Shown here piece after piece: positions 1 through 9,870 of a stretch of 64,000 bases of DNA (position 1 is the stretch's first letter; each line of letters begins with the position of its first letter). A program made the position numbers and the translations under genes. The DNA is from a virus (lineage: Duplodnaviria; Heunggongvirae; Uroviricota; Caudoviricetes), in IMG/VR virus record IMGVR_UViG_3300019867_000001, positions 29,244-93,243 of that record; one strand, 5' to 3'. A model generated the notes under the pieces. That model did not search any database, was not told where the DNA came from, and worked only from the letters and a program-made list of their open reading frames with translations.

Positions 1-1414
1 CTGTCATACCTCTAGCTAATTCAACTATGCTATATAACAGATTATCCATATTACCAAATCTAAATGTAAGTAATGTATCTCTTGTTCCACCAATATATCT
101 ATCTAAATCTTGAAGTGCATATTCAAATCTACGAACAAAATTACCAATAGCTGGCCACCAGCTAGTAGTATTTTCAATAATTGCATCAGATAACTCAGAA
201 AAAGCTTCTCCATATAACCTCAGTGTTTCAACACTAAAGAATCTTTTTATTGTTTGCGAATCCCAACCACCAGTCAACCAAACATCAGGTCCAATACGTT
301 TAATCTTTTTAAATGCTCTTTCTATATTACTGTCCCAATCTATTAAGTCTTTAATTCCAAATTGAATAATTCTAGAAATTGAAGTAAAAGCTCCACCCGT
401 AATATCATCAAGAGTTCTTAAGCCTTCTTTAGCATCACTAATAAAAGTTCTTGTAAAAAATCCTTGCGGCAATGCTTTTATTAATTGTTTGCCCAATTCA
501 AGAATAATAGTAATTATTGGTTTTACTACTGATTCAACTACTGCTAAACCACTTCTAAATCTTTGTAAGAATAAGTAAGCATCTGTCGCAATATTTTGAG
601 ATGCTCCTCTAATATTACTAGCAGTTCTTAGTAGTAAACCTCCAATAGAACCAGAAATACCTAAACCAATATCTAATTCTGCAACAAATTCACTTATAGA
701 TTGTGATAAAAGTGTAATACCTTGATTTAAAGTCGGATTAACTTGTGAAAATTCTTTATTTATCTTTTCAGATTGACTTAAAATTCCTTGAAATACTGAA
801 GTACCAGATAACTTTCCTTCTTCTGCTACTTTTCTTAATTGTCCAACTTGTAAATTCATGCTATCTGCAATAGCTTGAGCAATTCTAGGAGTTTGCTCTA
901 ATACTGAATTTAATTCTTCGCCTCTCAAAGTATTAGATGCAATACCTTGACCTAATTGAATAATTGCAGAAGCAGCTGATTCTGCACTAGAACCAGAAAT
1001 TGTAATAGCTTTCTGAATTGTTTCTGTTACTTTCAGTAATTGATCAGTAGATACACCTGATGATTTTAAAGCTTTTCCAAAAGTAGAAAAGATTGAAACG
1101 CTACCCTCTATAGAGCTTCTAGTTTTTTCAGTTATATCTCTCAATTTCATTTGAGAATATATTAAATCATTTGTACGTCCTGTCACTAATGCTATCTTAT
1201 TTCCAATATCAGTATACTGTGAAGAAGCTTTTGCTAAAAATGAAAAGGCTAATCCAGATGTAGCAATTGCTGCTAAACCTTTTGCTAAATTTAACATTGC
1301 CTCTGCAGCTTTTGACGTTGTAGATTGAATGCCAGCTACTGAAGCTTTTATAGCATCTAAATCTCGTTTTGCTTTTTCAGTTCGAGTATCAACATCAATG
1401 ACAATGCCAGACAT
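1..1414 (-). CDS. tape measure protein (N-terminal part; ORF runs off window start)
   Basis: Minus-strand ORF starts at ATG 1414..1412 (MSGIVIDVDTRTEKAKRDLDAIKASVAG...) after an RBS-like GGA. The product is long, Ala/Ser/Gly/Leu-rich and helical-repeat-like. It sits immediately after the putative tail chaperones. Confidence 0.5.
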   Translation of the reverse strand, partial: MSGIVIDVDTRTEKAKRDLDAIKASVAGIQSTTSKAAEAMLNLAKGLAAIATSGLAFSFLAKASSQYTDIGNKIALVTGRTNDLIYSQMKLRDITEKTRSSIEGSVSIFSTFGKALKSSGVSTDQLLKVTETIQKAITISGSSAESAASAIIQLGQGIASNTLRGEELNSVLEQTPRIAQAIADSMNLQVGQLRKVAEEGKLSGTSVFQGILSQSEKINKEFSQVNPTLNQGITLLSQSISEFVAELDIGLGISGSIGGLLLRTASNIRGASQNIATDAYLFLQRFRSGLAVVESVVKPIITIILELGKQLIKALPQGFFTRTFISDAKEGLRTLDDITGGAFTSISRIIQFGIKDLIDWDSNIERAFKKIKRIGPDVWLTGGWDSQTIKRFFSVETLRLYGEAFSELSDAIIENTTSWWPAIGNFVRRFEYALQDLDRYIGGTRDTLLTFRFGNMDNLLYSIVELARGMT

Positions 1415-1427
1415 ATCAAAATTCCTA

Positions 1428-1748
1428 TTAAGAATACCTTACAATACTTCCTTTAGCTTTAACATCCGAAGATCCTAATACTTCTCTTTCAATAAAATAA
1501 CTAGGTGCTTGCTGCGAGCTACCATCATTTAATTCTGAAATATACTCTTTTTCATTTTCTATAGACATTCCAAAAGGAGATATATTAATTTTCCAAGCAT
1601 CTCTTGCAGCACCTGTTTCAACAGGTGTTTGTTTTTTGAGTCTTCCTAATATTTTTTCCACAATAATTTTTTGAACAAATTTAATATTTTTTAATTTAAA
1701 ATCTATTTCATTATAAAGATTATCAATCCCATATATCTCTATATTCAT
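1428..1748 (-). CDS. hypothetical tail-module protein
   Basis: 106-aa ORF between the putative chaperones and the tape measure. Its start overlaps the upstream gene. Confidence 0.3.
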   Translation of the reverse strand: MNIEIYGIDNLYNEIDFKLKNIKFVQKIIVEKILGRLKKQTPVETGAARDAWKINISPFGMSIENEKEYISELNDGSSQQAPSYFIEREVLGSSDVKAKGSIVRYS

Positions 1749-2089
1749 TCTGTCTCCTTAAAGATGTCTAGTTTATCCCCACCAATAGCAGTAGACATTT
1801 TACTAAAGAATAATGAATTTTTAAAATTGGCGAAAATTGATTTCCTGCTATTTTCGTAATCTTCTAAACTAGCAATAGATTGAAATATTTCTCGAGGTCT
1901 CGCTTTAACACCTTGAGTTTGTAAAAATTTCATGGTACGATCATCATCTCGCCAATCTATTGGACGTGCTTTAAAGTATTCTTGCCATTTTAAAAATTCT
2001 TCAAATGACATTTCATGTTTTATATAATTAACTTTATAACCAGTATGAAAAGCTAATTCAAAAATAGCTAGTTCTTCTTGGTCCAACAT
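1745..2089 (-). CDS. putative tail assembly chaperone (downstream member of G/GT-like pair)
   Basis: 114 aa. Its ATG overlaps the stop of ORF 2089..2397. Position between tail tube and tape measure. Product acidic at the N-terminus. Confidence 0.3.
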   Translation of the reverse strand: MLDQEELAIFELAFHTGYKVNYIKHEMSFEEFLKWQEYFKARPIDWRDDDRTMKFLQTQGVKARPREIFQSIASLEDYENSRKSIFANFKNSLFFSKMSTAIGGDKLDIFKETE

Positions 2090-2397
2090 TATTGCTTTAC
2101 TTCTTTCTGCTCAGCACCCAATCCTGAAAATTTCATAATTTCATTTGATAGCTTTGATAATTCATCCATAGGAAATGCATCAAAATCAGTATCAGAAAGA
2201 CTTTCAGCATTCTCTACAGAAGCTCGAATAACTGTTCGTAAAATCTCAAATCCTTTTGTTTCATCACTACCTATATTTTTAGCAGCATCTTGAATGCTTA
2301 AAACTTCAGCAACACTTAATTTTGAAATTTTAATCTCTTCACCCATAAACTTAGTAGGTTTTGACATTTTCTTACCAATTAAATCTTTAATACCCAT
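2089..2397 (-). CDS. putative tail assembly chaperone
   Basis: 102-aa acidic protein directly upstream of the tape-measure cluster. Position-based call only. Confidence 0.3.
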   Translation of the reverse strand: MGIKDLIGKKMSKPTKFMGEEIKISKLSVAEVLSIQDAAKNIGSDETKGFEILRTVIRASVENAESLSDTDFDAFPMDELSKLSNEIMKFSGLGAEQKEVKQ

Positions 2398-2403
2398 ATC
2401 AAT

Positions 2404-2640
2404 TTATCCTTTTAATTGAAAGTCTTTAATTTGTTTACGCATCATATGTAATGCGGCTAATGTCCTAAAGACTTCTTGTGATTTTTCCTGATTACCATCA
2501 AATTCCTGTATGCGCTCAAGTGTCTTTCGGATAGAAACATCAATCATTTCATCCATGCGCGCAACAGTTGTATGTATAACATACATATAGCTAAATGGCT
2601 TTATTGGCATCATTATCCTACTAATACGTATATGCACCAT
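2404..2640 (-). CDS. hypothetical protein
   Basis: 78-aa ORF whose start overlaps the end of the tail tube paralogue. Confidence 0.25.
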   Translation of the reverse strand: MVHIRISRIMMPIKPFSYMYVIHTTVARMDEMIDVSIRKTLERIQEFDGNQEKSQEVFRTLAALHMMRKQIKDFQLKG

Positions 2641-3205
2641 AAAAATCAGATTGCATTGAAAGTGTTAAAGTTGCAGTTGTAGCATCAGTAAGTGAAGGTT
2701 TAACAAGTAATGCTTCCATTCTGCCTGTCCAATAATAAACACTATTCTGAACAGTACCTAAACCTAATGCAAGAGAAGCATATTTCGTGGCAGCAGTTAT
2801 ACCAGTGCTATCTTGATTTAAAAGTGCAAATCTAAATGCACGAGTAATATTATCCCCAACAAACTTACTAAGACCCGTAACAGGATCCCAATTTGCAGGA
2901 ATATAATTTAATGTTATTTCCATTGTAGGAGCATCAGCTTGACCTTGAATTTGTTGTGATTGTTTTACTCCAAATACAGGTACTTTAACAATATTTGCTG
3001 GTGTTCCCATTGCAGGAAATTCACGTACATCTAAAATACGATAAAAGCCACCTGCGATTGCAGCGTCTGTAAGTGTACCAGTATCGATAGTTGCAAATAA
3101 TGCCTTAAAGCCAGTATCATCGTATGTTGCAGGTACAATAGAAGTACCTATCGCAATAGATAAATCTGTAAAAAGGCCAACGCCAAGTGAATTAATATGA
3201 GCCAT
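2621..3205 (-). CDS. major tail (tube) protein, paralogue 2
   Basis: 194 aa. Clearly paralogous to 3220..3750: shared MAHI(N/S)S.G.G.FT start, REFP..GTPANIVKVP.FG.KQS.Q.QGQADAP core, and LVKPSLTDATTAT.TLSM.SDFYGA.T end. Sits between head-tail joining genes and chaperones. Confidence 0.45.
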   Translation of the reverse strand: MAHINSLGVGLFTDLSIAIGTSIVPATYDDTGFKALFATIDTGTLTDAAIAGGFYRILDVREFPAMGTPANIVKVPVFGVKQSQQIQGQADAPTMEITLNYIPANWDPVTGLSKFVGDNITRAFRFALLNQDSTGITAATKYASLALGLGTVQNSVYYWTGRMEALLVKPSLTDATTATLTLSMQSDFYGAYTY

Positions 3206-3219
3206 TTATATCTCCAATA

Positions 3220-3750
3220 TTAGTGAGTAAATGCACCATAGAAATCAGATAGCATCGACAATGTTACAGTAGCAGTTGTAGCATCAGTAAGTGAAGGCTT
3301 AACTAATACAGCCTCAATACGACCAAGCCAGTAATAACAGGAATTATCTGTAGCAAGACCAGTAACAGCTGCACCTGGATCAGTATTCATCAATGCAAAT
3401 CTAAATGCATATACAATATCACTATTTAAAGCATAACCAAGTGTACCAGCACCACCATCAACCCAATCGCTTGCTATATAATTAACAGTAACTTCAAGCG
3501 ATGGTGCATCGGCTTGCCCTTGTACTTGTTTTGATTGCTTAAAACCAAAACTCGGTACCTTAACAATATTTGCAGGCGTACCAATAGAAGGAAATTCTCT
3601 TACATTTCCTACTGATGTTCTTTCTGCTCCAGTATCAAATAAAGCATGCCAATCTGACGCAGCGCCTGCACCAGGTACTACAGTTGTAGATACCTTGTTA
3701 AGATTCAGTGTAGTAAAAATTCCAGCTCCAACAGATGAAATATGAGCCAT
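3220..3750 (-). CDS. major tail (tube) protein, paralogue 1
   Basis: 176 aa. Tandem paralogue of 2621..3205. Confidence 0.45.
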   Translation of the reverse strand: MAHISSVGAGIFTTLNLNKVSTTVVPGAGAASDWHALFDTGAERTSVGNVREFPSIGTPANIVKVPSFGFKQSKQVQGQADAPSLEVTVNYIASDWVDGGAGTLGYALNSDIVYAFRFALMNTDPGAAVTGLATDNSCYYWLGRIEAVLVKPSLTDATTATVTLSMLSDFYGAFTH

Positions 3751-3752
3751 TC

Positions 3753-4139
3753 TTAAACTCCAAAGTAATTAAAGGGTATTGAGTATTTGGATCTATAAAG
3801 ACTTGCATTAGCTGTATCATTTCCGATTTCAGTTAATGTACTTGAAAAGAATTGAATAGCGCTATTAACTGTTTTACCAGCAAGGTATTTATCTAACTTA
3901 TCTGCTATTGTAATAGCACGTAATGAACCACCACCTGCAGGATAAAATATATCTATTATTACCTGGCCTGTAGCAGATTTTATATCTGCATCTCCACTAG
4001 CAACAATAGAGATCCTTATATACTCATCAACCCCTGAACCAACAAAGTTCGTAGGGAATGTAGGAATAGCTTCAGCTTTCCATCCATTGGTTGCAAAGAT
4101 TGAATAAATGGCTTGGTATAATGAACTATATTTATCCAT
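3753..4139 (-). CDS. putative tail completion/terminator protein
   Basis: 128 aa. Position immediately upstream of the tail tube genes. Confidence 0.3.
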   Translation of the reverse strand: MDKYSSLYQAIYSIFATNGWKAEAIPTFPTNFVGSGVDEYIRISIVASGDADIKSATGQVIIDIFYPAGGGSLRAITIADKLDKYLAGKTVNSAIQFFSSTLTEIGNDTANASLYRSKYSIPFNYFGV

Positions 4140-4505
4140 TTAAGATTCCTTTGCAACATCAACTTTAATTATAAAGCCATCATTTTTATATGGTGGTATT
4201 GCCTTCCATACTTCACCGTTAGGCATAGTAAATTTATCATAGATAGTAGGATTATCTAAATCTATTGCCTGAAATAGAATTTCCATTGTAGATGTTGAAA
4301 CATCTTTTGATGATTTTTCTACTAAAATACCTTTTATAACTTTAGTAGTTGTTGACAGAGTCGTAGTATTTGTTGCAAAATTAAATGTATTAGAACTTTT
4401 CTGTATTAGTGTAACATCTACAGCTAGATCCTTTACTGCTGCAAAAGCTTTACTAACACTTTTACGAATCAAACTAGCATATCCCATTAATTCGCCCTCC
4501 ACCAA
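4140..4505 (-). CDS. putative head-tail adaptor/head closure protein
   Basis: 121 aa. Position between connector and tail completion genes. Confidence 0.3.
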   Translation of the reverse strand: MVEGELMGYASLIRKSVSKAFAAVKDLAVDVTLIQKSSNTFNFATNTTTLSTTTKVIKGILVEKSSKDVSTSTMEILFQAIDLDNPTIYDKFTMPNGEVWKAIPPYKNDGFIIKVDVAKES

Positions 4506-4969
4506 TTTAATGCACCAGCATTAACTAATAAAGGTTTAATCATGCGATTTACGTTATGTGGGATAGTATTTGGTGTAATTGCATTATTTAAGCTAATTGA
4601 GCCTACAGTAAGTTCTTTTACATACCCTGTATCATCAAGAAGTCCATCATTATTTAATAAATGATATGCTAATTCTATTGTTGCTGTATAAATTCTATTT
4701 GGTAAAGTATTACTTAATTCAACATTTATACCTAATCTTGGATCAAAATAAATACCAGTTCTTGGAAATGCCAGTGGCTGAGTCTCATTTACAGCTACAC
4801 CAGTCCAAGGCATATCATCAAGTATACCAGTTGCAGTTACTAAAGCTTGTGCCCTAATTTCATTATCAGCTGAAGTCCATGCTGCAACATCTAGCCGATT
4901 ATCAAAATAAACGGAAGCTTCTGCAACAGTTACATAAGAGTTAACACCTTTAACCAAGTTAGTAGCCAT
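4487..4969 (-). CDS. head-tail connector (gp6-like) protein
   Basis: 160 aa directly downstream of the capsid gene. N-terminus (VKGVNSYVTVAEASVYF...W) resembles the phage head-tail connector/'DNA packaging' family. Confidence 0.4.
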   Translation of the reverse strand: MATNLVKGVNSYVTVAEASVYFDNRLDVAAWTSADNEIRAQALVTATGILDDMPWTGVAVNETQPLAFPRTGIYFDPRLGINVELSNTLPNRIYTATIELAYHLLNNDGLLDDTGYVKELTVGSISLNNAITPNTIPHNVNRMIKPLLVNAGALNWWRAN

Positions 4970-4980
4970 AAGATTACCTT

Positions 4981-6171
4981 TTATGCGTGAAAAACAGGTA
5001 AAATTCCAAGGCTCAATGCAGATGTTGCTTTACGTATCCAAGTACCTGTAGTCGTAACACCAACAGTAGCAGCAGTCAAATCTTCTGGAGTTCCGCCAGT
5101 AGCAGACTTCATATAATCAGCATCTGTTGGGAAAGCAGTAACAGCACCAGCCCAATTATAGCCTTTCGGATGCAATACATAACCCCAACGATACCAGATA
5201 TCAGTTGCGCCACCACCTTTATAAGCACGTCCATCTCTGAAAATTTCAACAGGAGTAGGTACAGTTAAAGGTTCAAATGCAAGTGCATTGGGTAAAACTA
5301 AAAACGAAGTCTTAGTACCAACAAGATCAACTCCAGCACCTGTATTCAGCTTAGTAAGCTGTGCTGAAGAAAGACTTTGATTAGCACGTGTTTGAATCAA
5401 CCTGAACTTACCACCAAAGATAGTATCAAACGTAATATTACCTTCAGATACTTTGGTTTCATCTACCAAATTAGCTGAACGTAAGGAAGCTAATACAGCA
5501 GGACTAGTTACCAGATACAGCCAATCTGGTTCATAGTCTTTGAAACCCATTCCAATCGCATTTAAGAATCCCTCGGCCCTTGCAGCACCAAGCTTACCAG
5601 TGGGGGTATCCGCAGCTACTACAGGCAAGGCAGAGCCAAGGTCAACATAGAAGCCATAACGAGCACTAGTAGGATCATTATCAAATGTTTGCCCACCAAG
5701 GCCTGTAGAACCTGCACCTGTAGCAGCACCATTCAATACTTCAGAAATAGCAATACCTTTCAAAACTGAAAGAATTGCATTATGCTCATCTTGTGCGCGA
5801 GTTTCACCAAAATCACGAGCAATCTTAGCAAGACCATCAACTTGCGTCACAATTTGTTGCATATTAACCTGAGTCGCACCATGCGTACGAACAGTCTTAA
5901 TATACGTAAGATAATCTGAAGAATACGTTTGACCTGTACCTGCAGCAGAATCTGTCAAACTTGCAACGTTAATAACTGCAGTCATCGGTTTAAACCAACG
6001 CATTTGACCGATATATGTTTCAGTATCAGTATTAATTTGTGGGTTTGGACCGACAATACCTGTTCCAGAGAGTTTACGTGCAGTAGTGTAAGCTTCATCG
6101 CTATATGCACCTAAAGCACTTTGAAGAACAAAATTACTTGCACCAGATAAAGTGGTATCAGGAGTAGACAT
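4981..6171 (-). CDS. major capsid protein (HK97 fold)
   Basis: 396 aa directly downstream of a coiled-coil scaffold gene. Size and composition typical of HK97-fold capsid proteins. Confidence 0.6.
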   Translation of the reverse strand: MSTPDTTLSGASNFVLQSALGAYSDEAYTTARKLSGTGIVGPNPQINTDTETYIGQMRWFKPMTAVINVASLTDSAAGTGQTYSSDYLTYIKTVRTHGATQVNMQQIVTQVDGLAKIARDFGETRAQDEHNAILSVLKGIAISEVLNGAATGAGSTGLGGQTFDNDPTSARYGFYVDLGSALPVVAADTPTGKLGAARAEGFLNAIGMGFKDYEPDWLYLVTSPAVLASLRSANLVDETKVSEGNITFDTIFGGKFRLIQTRANQSLSSAQLTKLNTGAGVDLVGTKTSFLVLPNALAFEPLTVPTPVEIFRDGRAYKGGGATDIWYRWGYVLHPKGYNWAGAVTAFPTDADYMKSATGGTPEDLTAATVGVTTTGTWIRKATSALSLGILPVFHA

Positions 6172-6181
6172 TTAAAATTCC

Positions 6182-6907
6182 TTATTGGTTTGAGGTACTC
6201 CTTAATTTGCCTTCTTCCGCTAATTTAAGAACTTCGGCTTGAGACAAATCGAAGAGTGATTTGGGTTTAGTTTTGGTAGATGGCGGTTTCCCATCATCAT
6301 CTTTTGTACCTGCGCCAGAAGAAGATTTCGGTTTAAATAAAAATGATTGTTCTTCACCTTTTGCAAAAGCTTCTACAAAGTCTTTGACTGAAATACCAGA
6401 GCGATGTATCCAAATACCTTTATCATTACGTGTAAGTTGGGCTACAACTTCTCTGTATGCCATTTCAGTAGCAGTATCATTCCTAAAGTTATAACCCTTA
6501 AGTGCATCTCGCACAGCAACATCACGGCTTAGTTCCGTGTTTCGCTTTTCAAGAGCTTCAACTTTTGCTTGTTGCTCAGCAAGCTTTAATTCATATACTT
6601 CTTTATGCTTGCCTTCTTCTTCAAGTCTTTTCATATGTGCTTCACGCTCTTTAGTTTCAAAATCAGCGATCTTGACAAGAGCTTCATCACGAGACTTATA
6701 ACTAGCATCAAGCTTGGCTTTAATACTTGCTAACTTAGTATCGAGTTCCTTTTGAACACGTTCTTCAACGATACTCTTTATTAAGTCTTCATCTTTTGTT
6801 TTATCATCTTTACTTAGCCTTGCTGTAGCTTCTGCACGAGCAACTTCTTCAGCAACTCTAGCAGCTTCTTCATCTTCTACAGCTTTAATTTCTTCTGGTG
6901 TAGCCAT
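6182..6907 (-). CDS. capsid scaffolding protein
   Basis: 241 aa, highly charged with a predicted coiled coil (EE/KK/AE repeats). Immediately upstream of the capsid gene. Confidence 0.55.
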   Translation of the reverse strand: MATPEEIKAVEDEEAARVAEEVARAEATARLSKDDKTKDEDLIKSIVEERVQKELDTKLASIKAKLDASYKSRDEALVKIADFETKEREAHMKRLEEEGKHKEVYELKLAEQQAKVEALEKRNTELSRDVAVRDALKGYNFRNDTATEMAYREVVAQLTRNDKGIWIHRSGISVKDFVEAFAKGEEQSFLFKPKSSSGAGTKDDDGKPPSTKTKPKSLFDLSQAEVLKLAEEGKLRSTSNQ

Positions 6908-6940
6908 AATATTTCCTTATTCTAAACACAGTTTAGCACC

Positions 6941-7711
6941 TCAAACACAGTTTGGGGATTTGCCTAAGAATTTCATTTCATGTTCGTTACAATAACGCCT
7001 AAAAGCAGCTTCATGTAACTCATTGGGTAACATCCCAATACCATGACCTATTGTACCACCTTTCCACGAACCCTTACGTTTTCCTGTTTCTTTAGTAAAA
7101 CGTAAGTCTAAACTACGAGAAATTTTATTTGATTTAAATAATGATAACCATTTAAACCATTTATCTCCAAAAGCCCATTCTCGTTTTTCAATATGAGTTA
7201 TAACTTCTATTTCTTCATTATCAAAATCAAGAAATTTAAATTTTACTTTTGGTATTAAGTCTTCTTTATCTTGTCGAGCTTTCCAATTCATATGCGTATC
7301 TTCAGTATATAGAAATTCACCTTGTAGACCGTAATAACTAAGTCTTATAAATCTCCATTGTGTCCAAGGTAAGAAACAACTCCAATGCTGTTCAGTGCTT
7401 CTACCAAAATAGATACTAAGATGGCCACTACTTAAAAGAAATCCATAATCACGTTTAGTATATGCAATATAGTAATTACGACCTAATCGTTCTATGGTTT
7501 CATCATCCCATTTAGGATATACTGTTTTTGTTTCAGGATAAATAATCAGTGGTAATTTAATTGCAATTCTAAACCAATAAGCATATATTATTAATTTACA
7601 ATCTGGTTTATCGTCCTCACCATTACCAGATGTAATCCAAATACCAATAGGATTCCAGTTTGTTAGCTTTTCTATTTCGATAATAGAATTTTTAAGTGTT
7701 AACGTATTCAT
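6941..7711 (-). CDS. hypothetical protein (Trp-rich)
   Basis: 256-aa ORF between the RNA polymerase genes and the scaffold gene. No recognisable motif. Confidence 0.3.
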   Translation of the reverse strand: MNTLTLKNSIIEIEKLTNWNPIGIWITSGNGEDDKPDCKLIIYAYWFRIAIKLPLIIYPETKTVYPKWDDETIERLGRNYYIAYTKRDYGFLLSSGHLSIYFGRSTEQHWSCFLPWTQWRFIRLSYYGLQGEFLYTEDTHMNWKARQDKEDLIPKVKFKFLDFDNEEIEVITHIEKREWAFGDKWFKWLSLFKSNKISRSLDLRFTKETGKRKGSWKGGTIGHGIGMLPNELHEAAFRRYCNEHEMKFLGKSPNCV

Positions 7712-7712
7712 T

Positions 7713-7961
7713 TTATGCTTCTTTAATAACTATATACCTAGTACTAGTTAAATACACATCACTGCTTGTCATTGACGTTGGATAATCTAAATTAATTACT
7801 TTTGCAAGTTTATCTGGTTCTCCTTTATCCCAAATTTCTACTATTACTTTATAATTAGAAGTATCTGCATTTTCAATTCTAACTAGCTTAGTCATTCCTA
7901 ACTCCTTTATACGTTTACGTACTTTAAATGCAGATAAATTATACATCGGATGATTTATCAT
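7713..7961 (-). CDS. hypothetical protein
   Basis: 82-aa ORF. Confidence 0.25.
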   Translation of the reverse strand: MINHPMYNLSAFKVRKRIKELGMTKLVRIENADTSNYKVIVEIWDKGEPDKLAKVINLDYPTSMTSSDVYLTSTRYIVIKEA

Positions 7962-8145
7962 AATAGGGTCCGGGCTAATATGCTTTTAGGGAGGAGAAGC
8001 TACCATGCCAGGAGAGACGACATGGATACTAGCCCGGAGTTTTAAGATGTATTACAAATGAACTCTGCAAGCAAAATTAATAAAGTCATTGTAGCTAAAG
8101 AAAGAATTAAAAGTATAAAGATCTGTACAGCTATCTTAAACATTA

Positions 8146-8526
8146 TCAGCCAATGGCATACCAGTACAGATCCTTATTAAAATCCCCTGGGACACTACGA
8201 AGTATATCCTCACGTTTTAAGATATCCTTCTCTGTTATAAGTTTTCCGCCTATTCTAGAACGACCCGCTACAGGAATAAGTCCTATATCAATTGCTTCAT
8301 TAAGGTATCGATTATAGATCTCTCGGGGAAGTCCTCTAGCAAGCATTTCATTTAAGGTATCTAATGTAGTATTAGCTTTTAAAGCATCTGCATAGATTTC
8401 TTTAAGTGCAGCTCTTGCTTTTAACATATCTGCGGTATTAGTTACAAATGCGTCATGTACACTGAAAGTTTGTATGTTATTCTTTTTGCCCCAAAGATGG
8501 AACCTTTTAACCAGAACTGCATCATT
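8146..8526 (-). CDS. single-subunit RNA polymerase, terminal exon (motif C)
   Basis: The frame of ORF 8146..8427 stays open upstream to 8526. It encodes ...FSVHDAFVTNTADMLKARAALKEIYADAL, matching T7 RNAP motif C (IHDSFGTIPADAANLFKAVRETMVDTY). The 3' splice site lies somewhere in 8430-8526. Confidence 0.5.
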   Translation of the reverse strand, partial: NDAVLVKRFHLWGKKNNIQTFSVHDAFVTNTADMLKARAALKEIYADALKANTTLDTLNEMLARGLPREIYNRYLNEAIDIGLIPVAGRSRIGGKLITEKDILKREDILRSVPGDFNKDLYWYAIG

Positions 8527-8796
8527 CAGTGTGTTAAATAGAATTCGTTAGATTCTATCGGTATTGCGCCAAGTATTAATTTGCTTGGCGCGCAACTCCT
8601 GCATGTTACCATGCAGCTCAGACTATCTCTTATAAGAATACTGTCAAGTATTCAAATCTCCATGTTTCAGACCTACTTAGGCCTTACAGGTTTCATAATC
8701 CGTTCTGGATTGTATACCTTAGTCGTTGCACCTTCAAACCTATTCCTAGGTAAGCTTGGCTCAGGATTGTCCTATAACGATAGGAGTTTCCCTGAA
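8527..8796 (-). mobile_element. group I intron-like element (family A, no ORF) in the RNAP gene
   Basis: Non-coding block between RNAP motif-B and motif-C exons. Carries the family core (plus strand): atgcagctcagactat..., tagtcgttgcaccttcaaac, cttggctcaggattgtcc. Boundaries approximate. Confidence 0.45.
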
Positions 8797-9870
8797 TTAA
8801 TGGAGTTTATTCACAGCAAAGTATTTACTGTGATTTGCATTTACAGCATAAGCAGTACGTGCCTTACCAGTATCTGCAATGCTATTAATCTTTCCATCTT
8901 TGTTTATAAGTTCTTCCCACCATGTTGGATCAGTTTTTTGTGCAATTTGAAGTATATTAGTAACCCATTTACCTTCTGCATCTTTATAATTAAGTCTTTC
9001 TTCAAATACTTGAGTAAAGTTCTGTTCTATTATCTTACCATCAAAATTCACACTTGGAACATTGACCCAATTCTTTGGCATTTTATTTGCTATACCTATT
9101 TCTAATTCAAATAGCTTTTTAATTTGAAAAGGTTCTAATTGCAACATCTTAAAACCAGTAAGTCTATCTTTAGGTGCTTCTACACCATAAAGCATTTGAG
9201 CTAAAGTACTATCAGGCTTATACCAACCCATTTGCTTTAATACTTTCTCACTTAAAACTTCATCTTTCCAACCAAGCATTTCACTTATACGTTTAGGTAA
9301 TTTATAACCAGCCTTTTTAGTACCAAGAACTTTAGTTTTAAGGAACTCGACGTAGTCAATATCACTTTCTTTAGGTTTAGCATTAATCATGAAATCTTCA
9401 GCTAGCCTACCGTGAAAACGTGTAAATTCACGTAATACAGGTACTTGAGATTCCAAGTTTTCAGACATAATCTGAGCTATTAATTGGAAGTCTTTGGGTG
9501 TTACTCGTTTCTCATAAGCACCAGACATCTTTTCAACTAAATCTAAAGTTTTGCTGTCTAGAAAGTATAACTCTTCGAGTACATCATCGCCTGGAACTTG
9601 ACCTTTATTAAATATATCTTTTACATCTTGACGTAATGCAAGTAATTCTTGATGCATTTCAGGATCCCATTTTTCGTATCGAGCAGCACGAGCAGAGATT
9701 TCTGAGAGGATTTTATCGCGGTCTTTGGAGTTTACTACAAGTACGCCTTCTTGTTTATCTAAAGCTTTTGCAAGTTTTTGTTCTACATTAAGTATTCCTG
9801 TACGTTTTCCTGCACCATATCGAAATGTTAAATAGAATTCGTTAGATTCTACTAATTTTCTACAAAGCAA
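8797..9870 (-). CDS. single-subunit RNA polymerase, exon with motif B
   Basis: KPDSTLAQMLYGVEAPKDRLTGF aligns with T7 RNAP motif B (KRSVMTLAYGSKEFGF). The ORF ends read into intron sequence on both sides. Confidence 0.55.
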   Translation of the reverse strand: MLCRKLVESNEFYLTFRYGAGKRTGILNVEQKLAKALDKQEGVLVVNSKDRDKILSEISARAARYEKWDPEMHQELLALRQDVKDIFNKGQVPGDDVLEELYFLDSKTLDLVEKMSGAYEKRVTPKDFQLIAQIMSENLESQVPVLREFTRFHGRLAEDFMINAKPKESDIDYVEFLKTKVLGTKKAGYKLPKRISEMLGWKDEVLSEKVLKQMGWYKPDSTLAQMLYGVEAPKDRLTGFKMLQLEPFQIKKLFELEIGIANKMPKNWVNVPSVNFDGKIIEQNFTQVFEERLNYKDAEGKWVTNILQIAQKTDPTWWEELINKDGKINSIADTGKARTAYAVNANHSKYFAVNKLH

